A stretch of 30,149 nucleotides of DNA from NCBI GenBank assembly GCA_044352465.1, contig JBILDU010000030.1:1-30149 (forward strand), in the 5' to 3' direction. Positions 8,194-17,322 of this stretch are shown piece by piece (the first letter of the stretch is position 1; every line of letters starts with the position of its first letter). Made by a program: the position numbers and the translations under genes. This DNA comes from Bdellovibrionota bacterium. GTDB taxonomy: Bacteria; Bdellovibrionota_C; UBA2361. The notes under the pieces were generated by a model. That model was given only the letters and a program-made list of their open reading frames with translations. It was not told the DNA's origin and did no database searches.

Positions 8194-8247
8194 CTAACAG
8201 GCCTGTGAAAAAGCCCCATCCATGGGACCTTTTCACAACCCTGCTAA
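8194..8247. mobile_element. Miniature inverted-repeat element (46-bp core) flanked by CTAA direct repeats
   Basis: CTAA|CAGGCCTGTGAAAA...TTTTCACAACCCTG|CTAA; the terminal inverted repeats match at 12 of 14 positions. Confidence 0.55.
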
Positions 8248-8511
8248 AGCAACGCTCCGAAACCTCCACTCTTATGGCAAACCTCGCATCTGAAATAAAG
8301 AGAGGTGCCCCAAAAAAAACCTCAAATTTCACCGAATCGCCATCATTTAATCGATAAGAGGATTTGCCAACCAAGGCAACGAGAAACATCGGCCAGGGAG
8401 GGCTATCGCTGACCCCATCCGCTCACCGAACTCTCATGATAGCGATCATACGCGACAGCACCTCGGCGCACGGGTTGAATGCCCAACTCCGATTGAGGAC
8501 ACACGACTGAC

Positions 8512-9156
8512 TTAGTTGCTGCCTGACTGTACCAAGAGACCGTTTCGGACCCACCGGATACCGGGAACTCCACCAACGATCTCGTCGACGTACACCCTAT
8601 CCCCCTCGCTCGACACTACCCCCGCCAATCGGGCGACACCGCGTCGGACGGTGACGGTAATGGCTGATTCAGCGAGCGCCCGCGACAGCTTGAGCGCCAT
8701 TTGAGCATCATCGACAAGTGCGGCATCGCTCCGCACCGTCGGCGCGGCCTCAGACGATCGCTCCAGAGGGAGGATCGAGAGCTGGTTGTCGACCCGCTCA
8801 ACTCCCGCGGTATCAAGGGCGAATCGCCCTGCCAGGATCTTCTCAACATCGGTCGGAACAACGCCCAATAAAAGGACATCTCCGCCCACCGCAACAACAT
8901 GAATAGGGAGCTCGGCCAGCCGTCGGTGCAGATGGAACCGGGACTCTATGAGCGCAACGATCGCCTCATCAGAGCGGGGTTCAGTGCCACGCGGGACAGC
9001 AACGCCCACCGTCGGGTAAGGGAACGCAAGCGCCGCCCGTTGCTCGCTCGCGGGATTGGGATCAATGCTCGCGGTATCGGAAGCACACCCAACAAATCCC
9101 AGACAGAAAATGAGTGTACCCAGAGGAATCGCTCTTTTGTTACTATAATGCTTCAT
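8512..9156 (-). CDS. BON-domain lipoprotein (two BON domains, OsmY/DolP-like)
   Basis: Start at ATG 9156 (MKHYSNKR), lipobox FVG-C, and two BON patterns: SD..I...I.V....G.V.L.G.V...AGVERVDNQL and SD.....ITV.V..GVARLAG.V...VPGIRWVRNGL. Confidence 0.85.
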   Translation of the reverse strand: MKHYSNKRAIPLGTLIFCLGFVGCASDTASIDPNPASEQRAALAFPYPTVGVAVPRGTEPRSDEAIVALIESRFHLHRRLAELPIHVVAVGGDVLLLGVVPTDVEKILAGRFALDTAGVERVDNQLSILPLERSSEAAPTVRSDAALVDDAQMALKLSRALAESAITVTVRRGVARLAGVVSSEGDRVYVDEIVGGVPGIRWVRNGLLVQSGSN

Positions 9157-9223
9157 AGCGTGATGAAGGACCGTATCCCGAAACGAGCCTAACCCGCTAT
9201 GATGCAACTCCGAGGGCCTCCCT

Positions 9224-11263
9224 ATGAACGACTCCTCCATGAAGCAACCGTTTCTGGCTGCCACCGTCCATCTCGCATGCCTCTGCGCTTTGGCAGGCTG
9301 TGCGACTCCGACGAAAAATATCGCCACCACTGGCGACTCGCCCACTCCGAGATCGCAGCAGGTTGTCGCGGCGGCACCCCACCCCGCATCGCCGACAGCG
9401 GCTGCGCAAAGCGCTCGGGAGCTTTATGCAATGGGCAAGCTCCCCGAGGCGGCCACCCAATACGAAGCCGTCGTTAAAGTGAATCCAAAGGATCGCAGCG
9501 CTCTGAGCAACCTCGGCCTCATCGCCTATCGGCTCGGACGCTACGGCGATGCGGCGGGATACTATCGCCGGGTGATAAGCTTAGCTCCTCAAGATCCTCA
9601 AGCTTACTTCGATCTCGGGGTAGTGTATTCAGCCCAAGGTCTGAACGAACAAGCCATCGATAATTATCGACGAGCTCTCCTCCTGGAGCCGCGCCACGCC
9701 GACGGAGCGTTGAATCTCGGTCTTAGTTATATCGCCCGCGGCGAAAAAGATGAGGGCATCGAAACCTGGCGCTCCGCTATCACCCGAGGTGTTCGTGCAG
9801 CTCCGATTCATTACTACCTCGGTCTGGCCGAACTGGATGGTGGACGCACCAATGAGGCTGAGCGAGAGTTTCACACCGCGTTACAGATTGACCCCACTTA
9901 TCGAGAGGCTCACAACGGACTCGGTACGATTCGCCTGCGACAGGGTCGCCTCAAAGAGGCGATCGCCGAATGGAAGCTAGCGGTCCCTCCGCATTCCGAC
10001 ACCGCCCGGGGGCTCGCGAAGAGTGCAGCCCCCCGACGAGCGGCGCCGGATTCGCTCAACGTTATCGTTGGGGTTGAGCTCGAAACCCAGTATCGCGAGC
10101 TTAGGAACGCCGCGGCGGCGCTCGATCGGGGGGAGTACCCCCAAGCGATCGCCGATCTCAAGCGATTCATCTCAGCACACACTCAGGATGTGCCAGCACG
10201 AACAGCGCTCGGATTTGCCTATGCCCAGCAGGGCGACCTCGACGCCGCCATCCGTGAATGGCAGGGTGCTCTCGCGGTCGAGCCGAAAGCGGTGATAGCC
10301 ACTTACAATCTGGCCATAGCTCAACTACGGCGGGGCCATTCGACCGAAGCGATCCAAAACCTGGAAACGGTCATCACCCTCGAGCCCGGCTTCGTGAGCG
10401 CTTTTGACGCGCTGGGCGCGGCTTATGCGGCGGTTGGAGACATGAGCAATGCCGTCGAAGCTTATAAAAAGGGAATCGAGCACAACCCCACCGCAGCCGA
10501 ACTTATGAACGATCTGGGGCTCGTATATGCGCGGCAAAATCGGGGAACACAAGCGATCGAGCAATATCGCGCGGCTCTAAACATTAAGCCCGACCTCACC
10601 TTGGCGCGCTACAATATCGCGCTTGAGCTCCTTCGCCGGGGTGAATTTCCCGCCGCCGCGGAGCATTTTAAATCGATCGTGGGTGCACAGCCACGCGACA
10701 TCGATAGCCACATCAATCTGGGATTCGCTCTGGCCCAAATGAATCAGACTGAGGCTGCCGTGGCAACGTGGCGCGAAGCACTCCGACTCGATCCTAACTC
10801 TCCCCTCGCCAACAATAATATCGGGGTAGTGCTTTTTAATGCCGGTCGCCTAAACGAAGCAGCGGGGATGTACGAAACAGCGATTCGCCAAAACCCCGCT
10901 TTTGCCGAGGGACACAACAATCTCGCCGCAACCCTCGTGAAACTTGAGCGCTTCGGCGAGGCGGCACAGAACTACGAAGCAGCGCTCCGGAACAATCCCG
11001 GAGATCGCGAAGCACGCCGGAACCTCGGGCACCTGTATCTCATCGAGAGGAAGCCGGCGCAAGCGATTCAGCACCTCTCCATCGCGGTCGCGAACGAGCC
11101 GACCGACGCCGAATCATTTTTTAACCTCGGCGTGGCCCATCAGATGCTCGAACATCGCGCCGAGGCGATTATGTTCTACCGTGAATTCATCCGCCTGGCC
11201 GGAAACCGTCCCGAGCTTCAACGCTCAGTCGCTCAGGCAAATCGGGCTCTCGCGGGGCTCTAG
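9224..11263 (+). CDS. Tetratricopeptide-repeat lipoprotein
   Basis: Lipobox LAG-C and two long arrays of 34-aa TPR units (for example ALSNLGLIAYRLGRYGDAAGYYRRVISLAP). Confidence 0.92.
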   Translation: MNDSSMKQPFLAATVHLACLCALAGCATPTKNIATTGDSPTPRSQQVVAAAPHPASPTAAAQSARELYAMGKLPEAATQYEAVVKVNPKDRSALSNLGLIAYRLGRYGDAAGYYRRVISLAPQDPQAYFDLGVVYSAQGLNEQAIDNYRRALLLEPRHADGALNLGLSYIARGEKDEGIETWRSAITRGVRAAPIHYYLGLAELDGGRTNEAEREFHTALQIDPTYREAHNGLGTIRLRQGRLKEAIAEWKLAVPPHSDTARGLAKSAAPRRAAPDSLNVIVGVELETQYRELRNAAAALDRGEYPQAIADLKRFISAHTQDVPARTALGFAYAQQGDLDAAIREWQGALAVEPKAVIATYNLAIAQLRRGHSTEAIQNLETVITLEPGFVSAFDALGAAYAAVGDMSNAVEAYKKGIEHNPTAAELMNDLGLVYARQNRGTQAIEQYRAALNIKPDLTLARYNIALELLRRGEFPAAAEHFKSIVGAQPRDIDSHINLGFALAQMNQTEAAVATWREALRLDPNSPLANNNIGVVLFNAGRLNEAAGMYETAIRQNPAFAEGHNNLAATLVKLERFGEAAQNYEAALRNNPGDREARRNLGHLYLIERKPAQAIQHLSIAVANEPTDAESFFNLGVAHQMLEHRAEAIMFYREFIRLAGNRPELQRSVAQANRALAGL

Positions 11264-11458
11264 CGTGCAGCGCCCATATTCAGATGGGCAAATCCGGGAT
11301 TGCCTCCGCGCCGTCCGCGCCACTCCAGGCTCGATATTTCGCTGAAGCATCTCAGCGTTTGTCTTGGATAAGGGGGAAAGGCAGCCCTGCGCAAGACGCG
11401 CAAGTAGCTGATCTTACTAGGCGTTGGGGCATTTGGGAGCCCCGAGCGGCCGTAAAAA

Positions 11459-12274
11459 ATGACTCTGTCCTGTTCATCGGGCTCGGGTCATGTGCCCCAT
11501 CGAGAGCTGGTTTTACTGGGTATGCTGGGTTTAAAAACTCCACTCCACGACGATACCCTCAACGCGGAACCCTCGCGACACTCAGTCAATCTTGGAACTC
11601 AAACCGGCGTCTTCGGTACCGCGAGCGATATATTCGGAGTCAACCAAACGGACCCGTGCGCCACCGTCGCTATCCCGGTGCAACGCTTTTCAGTGCCCCG
11701 TCTCGCCCTCCTCTTAACTTTCGGGATAGTTTTGGGAGTGGCTCTTTTCCTCGCCGTAACTCCATCAGCAACGTCGCCGCGGAAGCGCGCTGTGGGACAA
11801 CACTCGTCGACTACTCCGGTAAAGCTCGCGGTGACCGCCGCGAGCGAACAGGTAGCCGCTCCGGTCGTTGAGCAGCTCCCCTCGCTCGAGCAACACGTCA
11901 AGACCTCGCCGGTCACCCTCGCCGCTCGTCGCTTTCTCTTCGCTGATGGTTCAGGACGGGCATACGGACCTGACTTTTCACGCGGAAAATTTGAGCATCG
12001 CCACACCGACGGGCAGCTGACCCGCAACGATCTCACCGCTGCGCGAAGCGGCGGAGGGCGCTATACCGCAGATAGTTCGGTGGAGTGGCAGGGCGGCTTC
12101 CGCCACGCTGCTCCGCAGCAAAATCTCGAACTAGGGCAAACGTACCTGCGCTACCTTGAAAGTTCGGTCGGCGCGGCGCTCGGGAAAAAACTCTCTGTAG
12201 TCAGCGGCGAACGAGTTAATATCCTTGATAAAGTAACGAAGACCGGTCGCGGCCCAAACGGCCTGCGGCCCTAA
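11459..12274 (+). CDS. Hypothetical single-TM protein, start uncertain; C-terminus resembles part of a lytic transglycosylase domain
   Basis: TM segment LALLLTFGIVLGVALFLAV and the motif WQG.....PQQNLELGQTYLRYLE. Confidence 0.5.
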   Translation: MTLSCSSGSGHVPHRELVLLGMLGLKTPLHDDTLNAEPSRHSVNLGTQTGVFGTASDIFGVNQTDPCATVAIPVQRFSVPRLALLLTFGIVLGVALFLAVTPSATSPRKRAVGQHSSTTPVKLAVTAASEQVAAPVVEQLPSLEQHVKTSPVTLAARRFLFADGSGRAYGPDFSRGKFEHRHTDGQLTRNDLTAARSGGGRYTADSSVEWQGGFRHAAPQQNLELGQTYLRYLESSVGAALGKKLSVVSGERVNILDKVTKTGRGPNGLRP

Positions 12275-12419
12275 GCACCCGACGCATCCTCGTCCTATCT
12301 CTCACGCAGCTGCCTCTGCGGGTAGGCTCAACAACCGCGGCTCGCTGATTCAGGTGCAAGCTTCATCATAGGCGCCACCTCTTTGCTGAGGCACGGTGGT
12401 TACCATGGTCGTAGAGAAA

Positions 12420-12623
12420 ATGAGTTCCGTTCTCCGAACCCTCCCGCACACCTCTCCGGAGCACGGTGCCGAGACAGCGCCGCCGGCCTACGCCGAGCGA
12501 TTTCCCCTCCGCGCTGTTCCCGACGACCCCCACCGCGATCGTGGTTCGTTTCACGAATCCCCCCCGGAAGAGTTTGATCTCACCGCATTTTGGGACCACG
12601 ACATCGTGTGTCCTCGTTTTTAA
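12420..12623 (+). CDS. Possible small hypothetical protein
   Basis: 67-aa ORF filling an otherwise empty gap, with only a weak SD (AGAG) and no recognisable motif. Confidence 0.3.
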   Translation: MSSVLRTLPHTSPEHGAETAPPAYAERFPLRAVPDDPHRDRGSFHESPPEEFDLTAFWDHDIVCPRF

Positions 12624-12736
12624 CCCCTCTCTGTGTAGAAGTAGTCTAAAAACCCGGCCCTTACCTCAATGGCTTCTCGCCTCTCACCGCCGGTGAGGGC
12701 GGGTGTGCGCTCTTTCTCGCGACCAGCTCGCCGTAT

Positions 12737-12765
12737 TTGCATCTCATCTCCTTGAGGCATAAAAT
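12737..12765 (+). promoter_or_regulatory. Sigma70-type promoter for the HDAC gene
   Basis: TTGCAT, 17-bp spacer, TAAAAT. It ends 9 nt before the ATG at 12775, so the mRNA is nearly leaderless or the true start is further downstream. Confidence 0.5.
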
Positions 12766-12774
12766 CCGACTGCT

Positions 12775-13851
12775 ATGCACGTATCCCAAACACCGGGTGC
12801 CCCAGCTACTTGGGAAAAGGACCCCGCAACGACCGAATCATCCCGTTTGCCGAGCCTGATGCGGCACGGGCGAATTCCTCTGGTTTTTCACCCGGAATAC
12901 GACATCGCTTTAGGTGAGATTCAGGGACGCCATCCTTTTGAGTTTAATAAACGCAGCAAGATATTTCACGAACTGAAACACCGGCTCAATTTCCACGCAG
13001 ATGCCACCTTTACCCCGGAGCCGGCGAGTAACACCCTCCTCAGTCTCGCCCATGAGAACGACTATCTCGCGAAGGTAGCGGATCCAGCCCTCGTGGCAAC
13101 GGTGATGGGACTTCCGGAGCTGCGCACCTTTCCCTCCGAATCGATTGAGCGCGGATTACTGAATCCACTCCGGTACGCAGTCGGCGGCACCCTTCTCGCC
13201 GCGCGTCTCGCCACCGAGCACGGCTGGGCGATCAATCTCAGCGGTGGATTTCATCACGCGAAGAGCTCCTCAGCTGAGGGATTTTGTTTTTTCTCCGATA
13301 CCGCGGTGGCGATCCGCGCCCTGCAGATCGACAAACCGGATCTGCGCGTATTGAACGTCGACCTCGATGCCCATTTGGGCAATGGTGTCGCTTCTATCCT
13401 GGGAGCCGATCCACAGGTTTGCCTCTTCGATATCCATAACCGCGAGATCTACCCTCACGACCCTGCAGCGAGCGCGAAGATCAATTTTAACTTCCCTGTG
13501 TCCTCCCGGATCTCTGACGAAGAGTACCTGACGCTCCTACGCATCCAACTCCCCCGGGCGCTCGACACATTCCCGGCCGACCTGATTATGTACAGCGCTG
13601 GGTCCGATATCTTTTCAGGTGACAGGCTCGGTCGTATGCGGATATCCGAGGGTGCGATCTACCGTCGCGACGAATTTGTCTTCGCTGAAGCTTTTCGGCG
13701 AGAGATCCCAATTGTGATGGTGCTGTCCGGGGGCTACTCAAGCCGCTCATCGAACCTAATCGCCGGTGCGATAATGCACGTCATGCGAAGTCAGCTCGGC
13801 CTCGGCGTCTTTGAACGTCCACCGGGAGGGACAGCTCGGGGCGCGGTCTAA
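12775..13851 (+). CDS. Zn-dependent histone deacetylase family protein, class IV (HDAC11-like)
   Basis: Motifs HPF, GGFHHA...GFC, DLDAH.GNG, G.DI..GDRLG and LSGGY. Confidence 0.92.
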   Translation: MHVSQTPGAPATWEKDPATTESSRLPSLMRHGRIPLVFHPEYDIALGEIQGRHPFEFNKRSKIFHELKHRLNFHADATFTPEPASNTLLSLAHENDYLAKVADPALVATVMGLPELRTFPSESIERGLLNPLRYAVGGTLLAARLATEHGWAINLSGGFHHAKSSSAEGFCFFSDTAVAIRALQIDKPDLRVLNVDLDAHLGNGVASILGADPQVCLFDIHNREIYPHDPAASAKINFNFPVSSRISDEEYLTLLRIQLPRALDTFPADLIMYSAGSDIFSGDRLGRMRISEGAIYRRDEFVFAEAFRREIPIVMVLSGGYSSRSSNLIAGAIMHVMRSQLGLGVFERPPGGTARGAV

Positions 13852-13939
13852 GTATCCCCGGCCCCGGTCGGAAAGAAGCTACCGCAAGGCCCACGAAACA
13901 CGACCTGTTTGGGTCATCCCGAGGGGTTATTAGAGTTTT

Positions 13940-13959
13940 TCACAGCGCTGTGATAGGCT
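13940..13959 (+). promoter_or_regulatory. Extended -10 promoter overlapped by a 14-bp palindrome, upstream of the DEAD-box helicase
   Basis: TCACAGCGCTGTGA (13940-13953) is a perfect palindrome; TGa-TAGGCT lies at 13951-13959. Confidence 0.4.
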
Positions 13960-14091
13960 GCTCCCACCCGGAAGGTACCGCGCACGTTACATCTGCACGA
14001 GACCGATAGCCCGGCACGTAGTAACGTACCGTCCGACCACTTCGAATTCTCGAGTAGATCCGGACATATAAGATTAAAAGGCTAAGGACCT

Positions 14092-15582
14092 ATGCTCGCG
14101 GCAAGCGAACTCACGGCGACACCCGCCCCTACTCTCAACTTTGAAGATATCATCCCCAGCCGAGCCCTCCTCGATGCATTTGAGCGTCTCGGTTTTAAGT
14201 CTCCGACGCCCGTGCAGGCGAAGACGATCCCGGCAGCGCTCTCAGGTACCGATCTTATTGTCCAGGCGAAGACCGGCAGCGGCAAAACCCTGGCGTTTGT
14301 GGTTCCGCTCCTCATGCGACTTGAGCACATGGCCGACCAGGAGAATACAACGGGCCTTATTATCACGCCGACCCGTGAATTAGCGGTACAGATCTGCGAG
14401 GTCATCAGCTCCATCAGCTCCCTGAAGCCGGTGTGCCTCATCGGCGGAGTGCCAAGCCAACAACAGATTCGCGCGATCGATGAGGATCACCGCATTCTCG
14501 TTGGCACCCCCGGTCGTATCGATGATTTCATCCGGCAACGACTTATCGATCTATCGACCTGTTCGTATTTCGTGCTCGACGAAGCGGACGAGATGTTGTC
14601 GATGGATTTCGTCGAGGAGGTTCGGGGTATTCTGGCGAAGCTCCCTCGTCAACGCCAAGGTCTTTTCATAAGCGCAACGATATCAAATCGGGTCGAATCG
14701 TTGGCCCTGTCGTTTCTCGCCGAACCGCGGCGCATCATCATCGAGACCCCGGCGGAGGAGATGCCTGCGATTGAGCATTGCTACTACGAACTCCCCGGTG
14801 AATTGACAGCGAAAGTGACGGCGCTAGCCGATCTCCTGGAAACCTCGAAGCCACGCTCAGCAATCATTTTTTGCAATACCAAATCAGATACCGAACTCGT
14901 CGAGGTTTTCCTCCGGCGCCGCGGCTTCGATGCACGGCGGATTAACTCTGATCTGTCCCAGAAACAGCGTGATTATATCATGGGGAAGATTCGCGCCGGG
15001 GAGCTCCGGTTCCTCATCGGTACCGATATTGCGGCCCGCGGCATCGACATCGAACAGATCGATCTGGTGGTCAATTACACCCTTCCCGAGCAACCGGAGG
15101 TGTATGTCCATCGCACAGGTCGTACCGGACGGGCAGGACGAACTGGGCGAGCGGTAAGCCTCATCGGCCCCCAAGATTTCGGCTCGTTCATGAACCTGAA
15201 ACGGCACATCCAGGTTGAGCTAAAGCAAAGTCCGCTCCCCACTGACGATGAAGTCATGGCAGCACGCCGCGAGCACTTCAAGGAGCTTCTTGGTAGTGCG
15301 AACATCCCGGTTCACGAACGCGATCGACTCCTCGCGAGCGAGCTCGTACGGGAAACCGGCATCACCGTCGACAGTCAAAGCGAGACAGCTCTCCTCATCG
15401 CCCGCATGTATCGGTTTGCGCTTGAGCACATGCTCAAACCGCAGATGCGGAGCCTCGATGAAGAGCTGGGGGAGCAGACCCCCGAAAGGTCGCCAAGTGG
15501 CGAACGCCGTAGTCGTCCTGACGAGGGACGGGGACGTCGTTCAGGCGGACGGGGAGGACATGGCCGCGGACGGGACCGGTAG
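14092..15582 (+). CDS. DEAD-box RNA helicase (DeaD/CshA-like)
   Basis: Q motif (GFKSPTPVQ), AKTGSGKT, PTRELA, TPGR, DEAD, SAT, ARGID and HRTGRTGRAG, plus an RG-rich tail and TAAGGA SD. Confidence 0.96.
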   Translation: MLAASELTATPAPTLNFEDIIPSRALLDAFERLGFKSPTPVQAKTIPAALSGTDLIVQAKTGSGKTLAFVVPLLMRLEHMADQENTTGLIITPTRELAVQICEVISSISSLKPVCLIGGVPSQQQIRAIDEDHRILVGTPGRIDDFIRQRLIDLSTCSYFVLDEADEMLSMDFVEEVRGILAKLPRQRQGLFISATISNRVESLALSFLAEPRRIIIETPAEEMPAIEHCYYELPGELTAKVTALADLLETSKPRSAIIFCNTKSDTELVEVFLRRRGFDARRINSDLSQKQRDYIMGKIRAGELRFLIGTDIAARGIDIEQIDLVVNYTLPEQPEVYVHRTGRTGRAGRTGRAVSLIGPQDFGSFMNLKRHIQVELKQSPLPTDDEVMAARREHFKELLGSANIPVHERDRLLASELVRETGITVDSQSETALLIARMYRFALEHMLKPQMRSLDEELGEQTPERSPSGERRSRPDEGRGRRSGGRGGHGRGRDR

Positions 15583-15695
15583 CCCCGCTCCCCTTGCGCC
15601 AACGCACGATCAACTGACCGCGCCAGACTGACGCCGAATCAGGGGCGTTTATTGCCGTCATACTCCACGCCCCCCCGACGTGCGACCGTGGAACG

Positions 15696-16835
15696 GTGAG
15701 ACTTCTAAATCACTCAGCGCGAAAGAGGATTCGGTTCGGGGTAGTCGGCCTCGGCTATGTTGCCCAAACTGGGGTGCTGCCAGCCTTTGCACATGCCACC
15801 CAATTTGCTGAATTGACCGCACTGATCTCGAGTGATCCAGTCAAGCTTCGCGAGCTGGGAAGCCGTCACCGCGTAGCTCACCTCTACGATCAGAGCGACT
15901 TCGACACCGCGCTGGCCGCTGGAACCTTCGATGCGGTGTATATCGCCCTGCCCAACTCGTTACATTGTGACTTCGCGCTTCGTGCTGCTATCGCGGGCAA
16001 ACACGTCCTCTGCGAAAAGCCCCTCGCGCTATCAAGCGCCGAGTGCAAAGAGATGATCCGGGTCTCGCAGGAGCACCACATCCGACTGATGGTCGGATAT
16101 CGCCTGCACTTCGAGCGGAGCAATATGCGCGCCGCCGCGATTATCCGATCAGGCGAGATCGGACTCCCCCGTATCGTCGATACGGTGGTTTCGTTCCCAC
16201 TCGACGATGAGAGCCCCCGTACCCGCAGCGAACTCTTTGGCGGCCCGATGTACGACATCGGCATCTACGGAATCAACGCCGCCCGCTACCTGTTTCGTGC
16301 TGAGCCGCACCGCGTGACTGCACTGGCCAGCGCCCTCAACGAGCCGCGTTTCACTGACGTCCCCGGACTCGTGAGCGCGACTCTCGACTTCGGCAGCGGA
16401 CGCATCGCCACGATCACCGCGAGTTACGGCAGCACGACAACTTCATATTTCAACGTCATCGGTACTGCCGGCACGGTTCGACTAAGTCCTGCCTTCGACC
16501 TCGACACCCCCCTCACACTTGAGGTGCAAACGGCGGCAGGAACGGAGCGTGAGCAGTACCCCATGAGTGACCAGTTCGCTCCGGAGATTATCGAATTTTG
16601 CCGCTGTATCACTGAACATACTGAACCGGAATCATCGGGACTCGAGGGACTTGCAGATGTCCGGATTATCGAGGCGATCGAACGCTCCGCCGCGGGAGGC
16701 CATCTAATCGATCTCCCCGATTTCAAGAAACCTCGGCGACCCGACTTGACACAAACGGCTCAAGTACCGCCCGCGAGGAATCACGCCCCCCTGGTTCACG
16801 CCCGAAATCATCACCGCTCCGCCGATACCGATTGA
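15696..16835 (+). CDS. Gfo/Idh/MocA family oxidoreductase (glucose-fructose oxidoreductase-like)
   Basis: Rossmann motif GVVGLG, YIALPN..H, GKHVLCEKP and GG..YDIGIY. Confidence 0.92.
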   Translation: MRLLNHSARKRIRFGVVGLGYVAQTGVLPAFAHATQFAELTALISSDPVKLRELGSRHRVAHLYDQSDFDTALAAGTFDAVYIALPNSLHCDFALRAAIAGKHVLCEKPLALSSAECKEMIRVSQEHHIRLMVGYRLHFERSNMRAAAIIRSGEIGLPRIVDTVVSFPLDDESPRTRSELFGGPMYDIGIYGINAARYLFRAEPHRVTALASALNEPRFTDVPGLVSATLDFGSGRIATITASYGSTTTSYFNVIGTAGTVRLSPAFDLDTPLTLEVQTAAGTEREQYPMSDQFAPEIIEFCRCITEHTEPESSGLEGLADVRIIEAIERSAAGGHLIDLPDFKKPRRPDLTQTAQVPPARNHAPLVHARNHHRSADTD

Positions 16836-16905
16836 ACTGTAGAATCATTAGACCAGAAAAGAGCCCCGGCGCTCCCCTCAGCGTTGCTGAAACCCTTCGC
16901 TAGAA

Positions 16906-17322
16906 CTACGCATCGTTGTCGCGAACGGGACGTCGTCCTACCTTTGTGGCACCACGGTGACGTTTCCCCGCAAGCATCCGTTCTTTTTGACGCCGGGTTC
17001 GCCGACGTCTCTGGCGCCGAATCTTTTCCCGCGCCTGCTCGAGCGCACTTCGCTTGCCCTCTTGAATCTCCTCAATCCGCTCACACAGGAGTCGCCGAGC
17101 GAGATACCGATTAAAAGACTGCGAGCGACCCGATTGACACTTGACCTCTACTCCACTCGGCCCGTGAGAGAGATAAACGCAGGAGGATGTTTTATTAATC
17201 TTCTGCCCCCCTCGCCCTCCCCCCCGAATAAACCTCTCGGTGAGATCACTCTCGAAGATCCCCAGCCGCTCCATCCGGAGCACCAATTCAGCATATTTTT
17301 CCGCCGAGACGACAGCCGTCAT
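16906..17322 (-). CDS. Stand-alone GGQ-domain peptide chain release factor-like protein (C12orf65/mtRF-R-like)
   Basis: [35 protein letters not shown], followed by a very basic C-terminal tail. No codon-recognition domains. Confidence 0.88.
   Translation of the reverse strand: MTAVVSAEKYAELVLRMERLGIFESDLTERFIRGGGRGGQKINKTSSCVYLSHGPSGVEVKCQSGRSQSFNRYLARRLLCERIEEIQEGKRSALEQAREKIRRQRRRRTRRQKERMLAGKRHRGATKVGRRPVRDNDA

Noticed and set aside
8276..8368. GGCAAACC...GAAA...GG resembling a c-di-GMP-I riboswitch
   Set aside because: It lacks the GACGCAAAG junction and a proper second stem, and there is no downstream gene on that strand.
11284..11871. 195-aa alternative ORF overlapping the 11459 gene
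   Set aside because: Low-complexity Arg/Ser/Gly composition; the overlapping frame has a clear TM segment and a motif.
13855..13895. GGTCGGAAAGAAGC resembling SRP RNA helix 8
   Set aside because: The conserved CAGG and AGCAG loop sequences are not matched, and there is no long enclosing stem.
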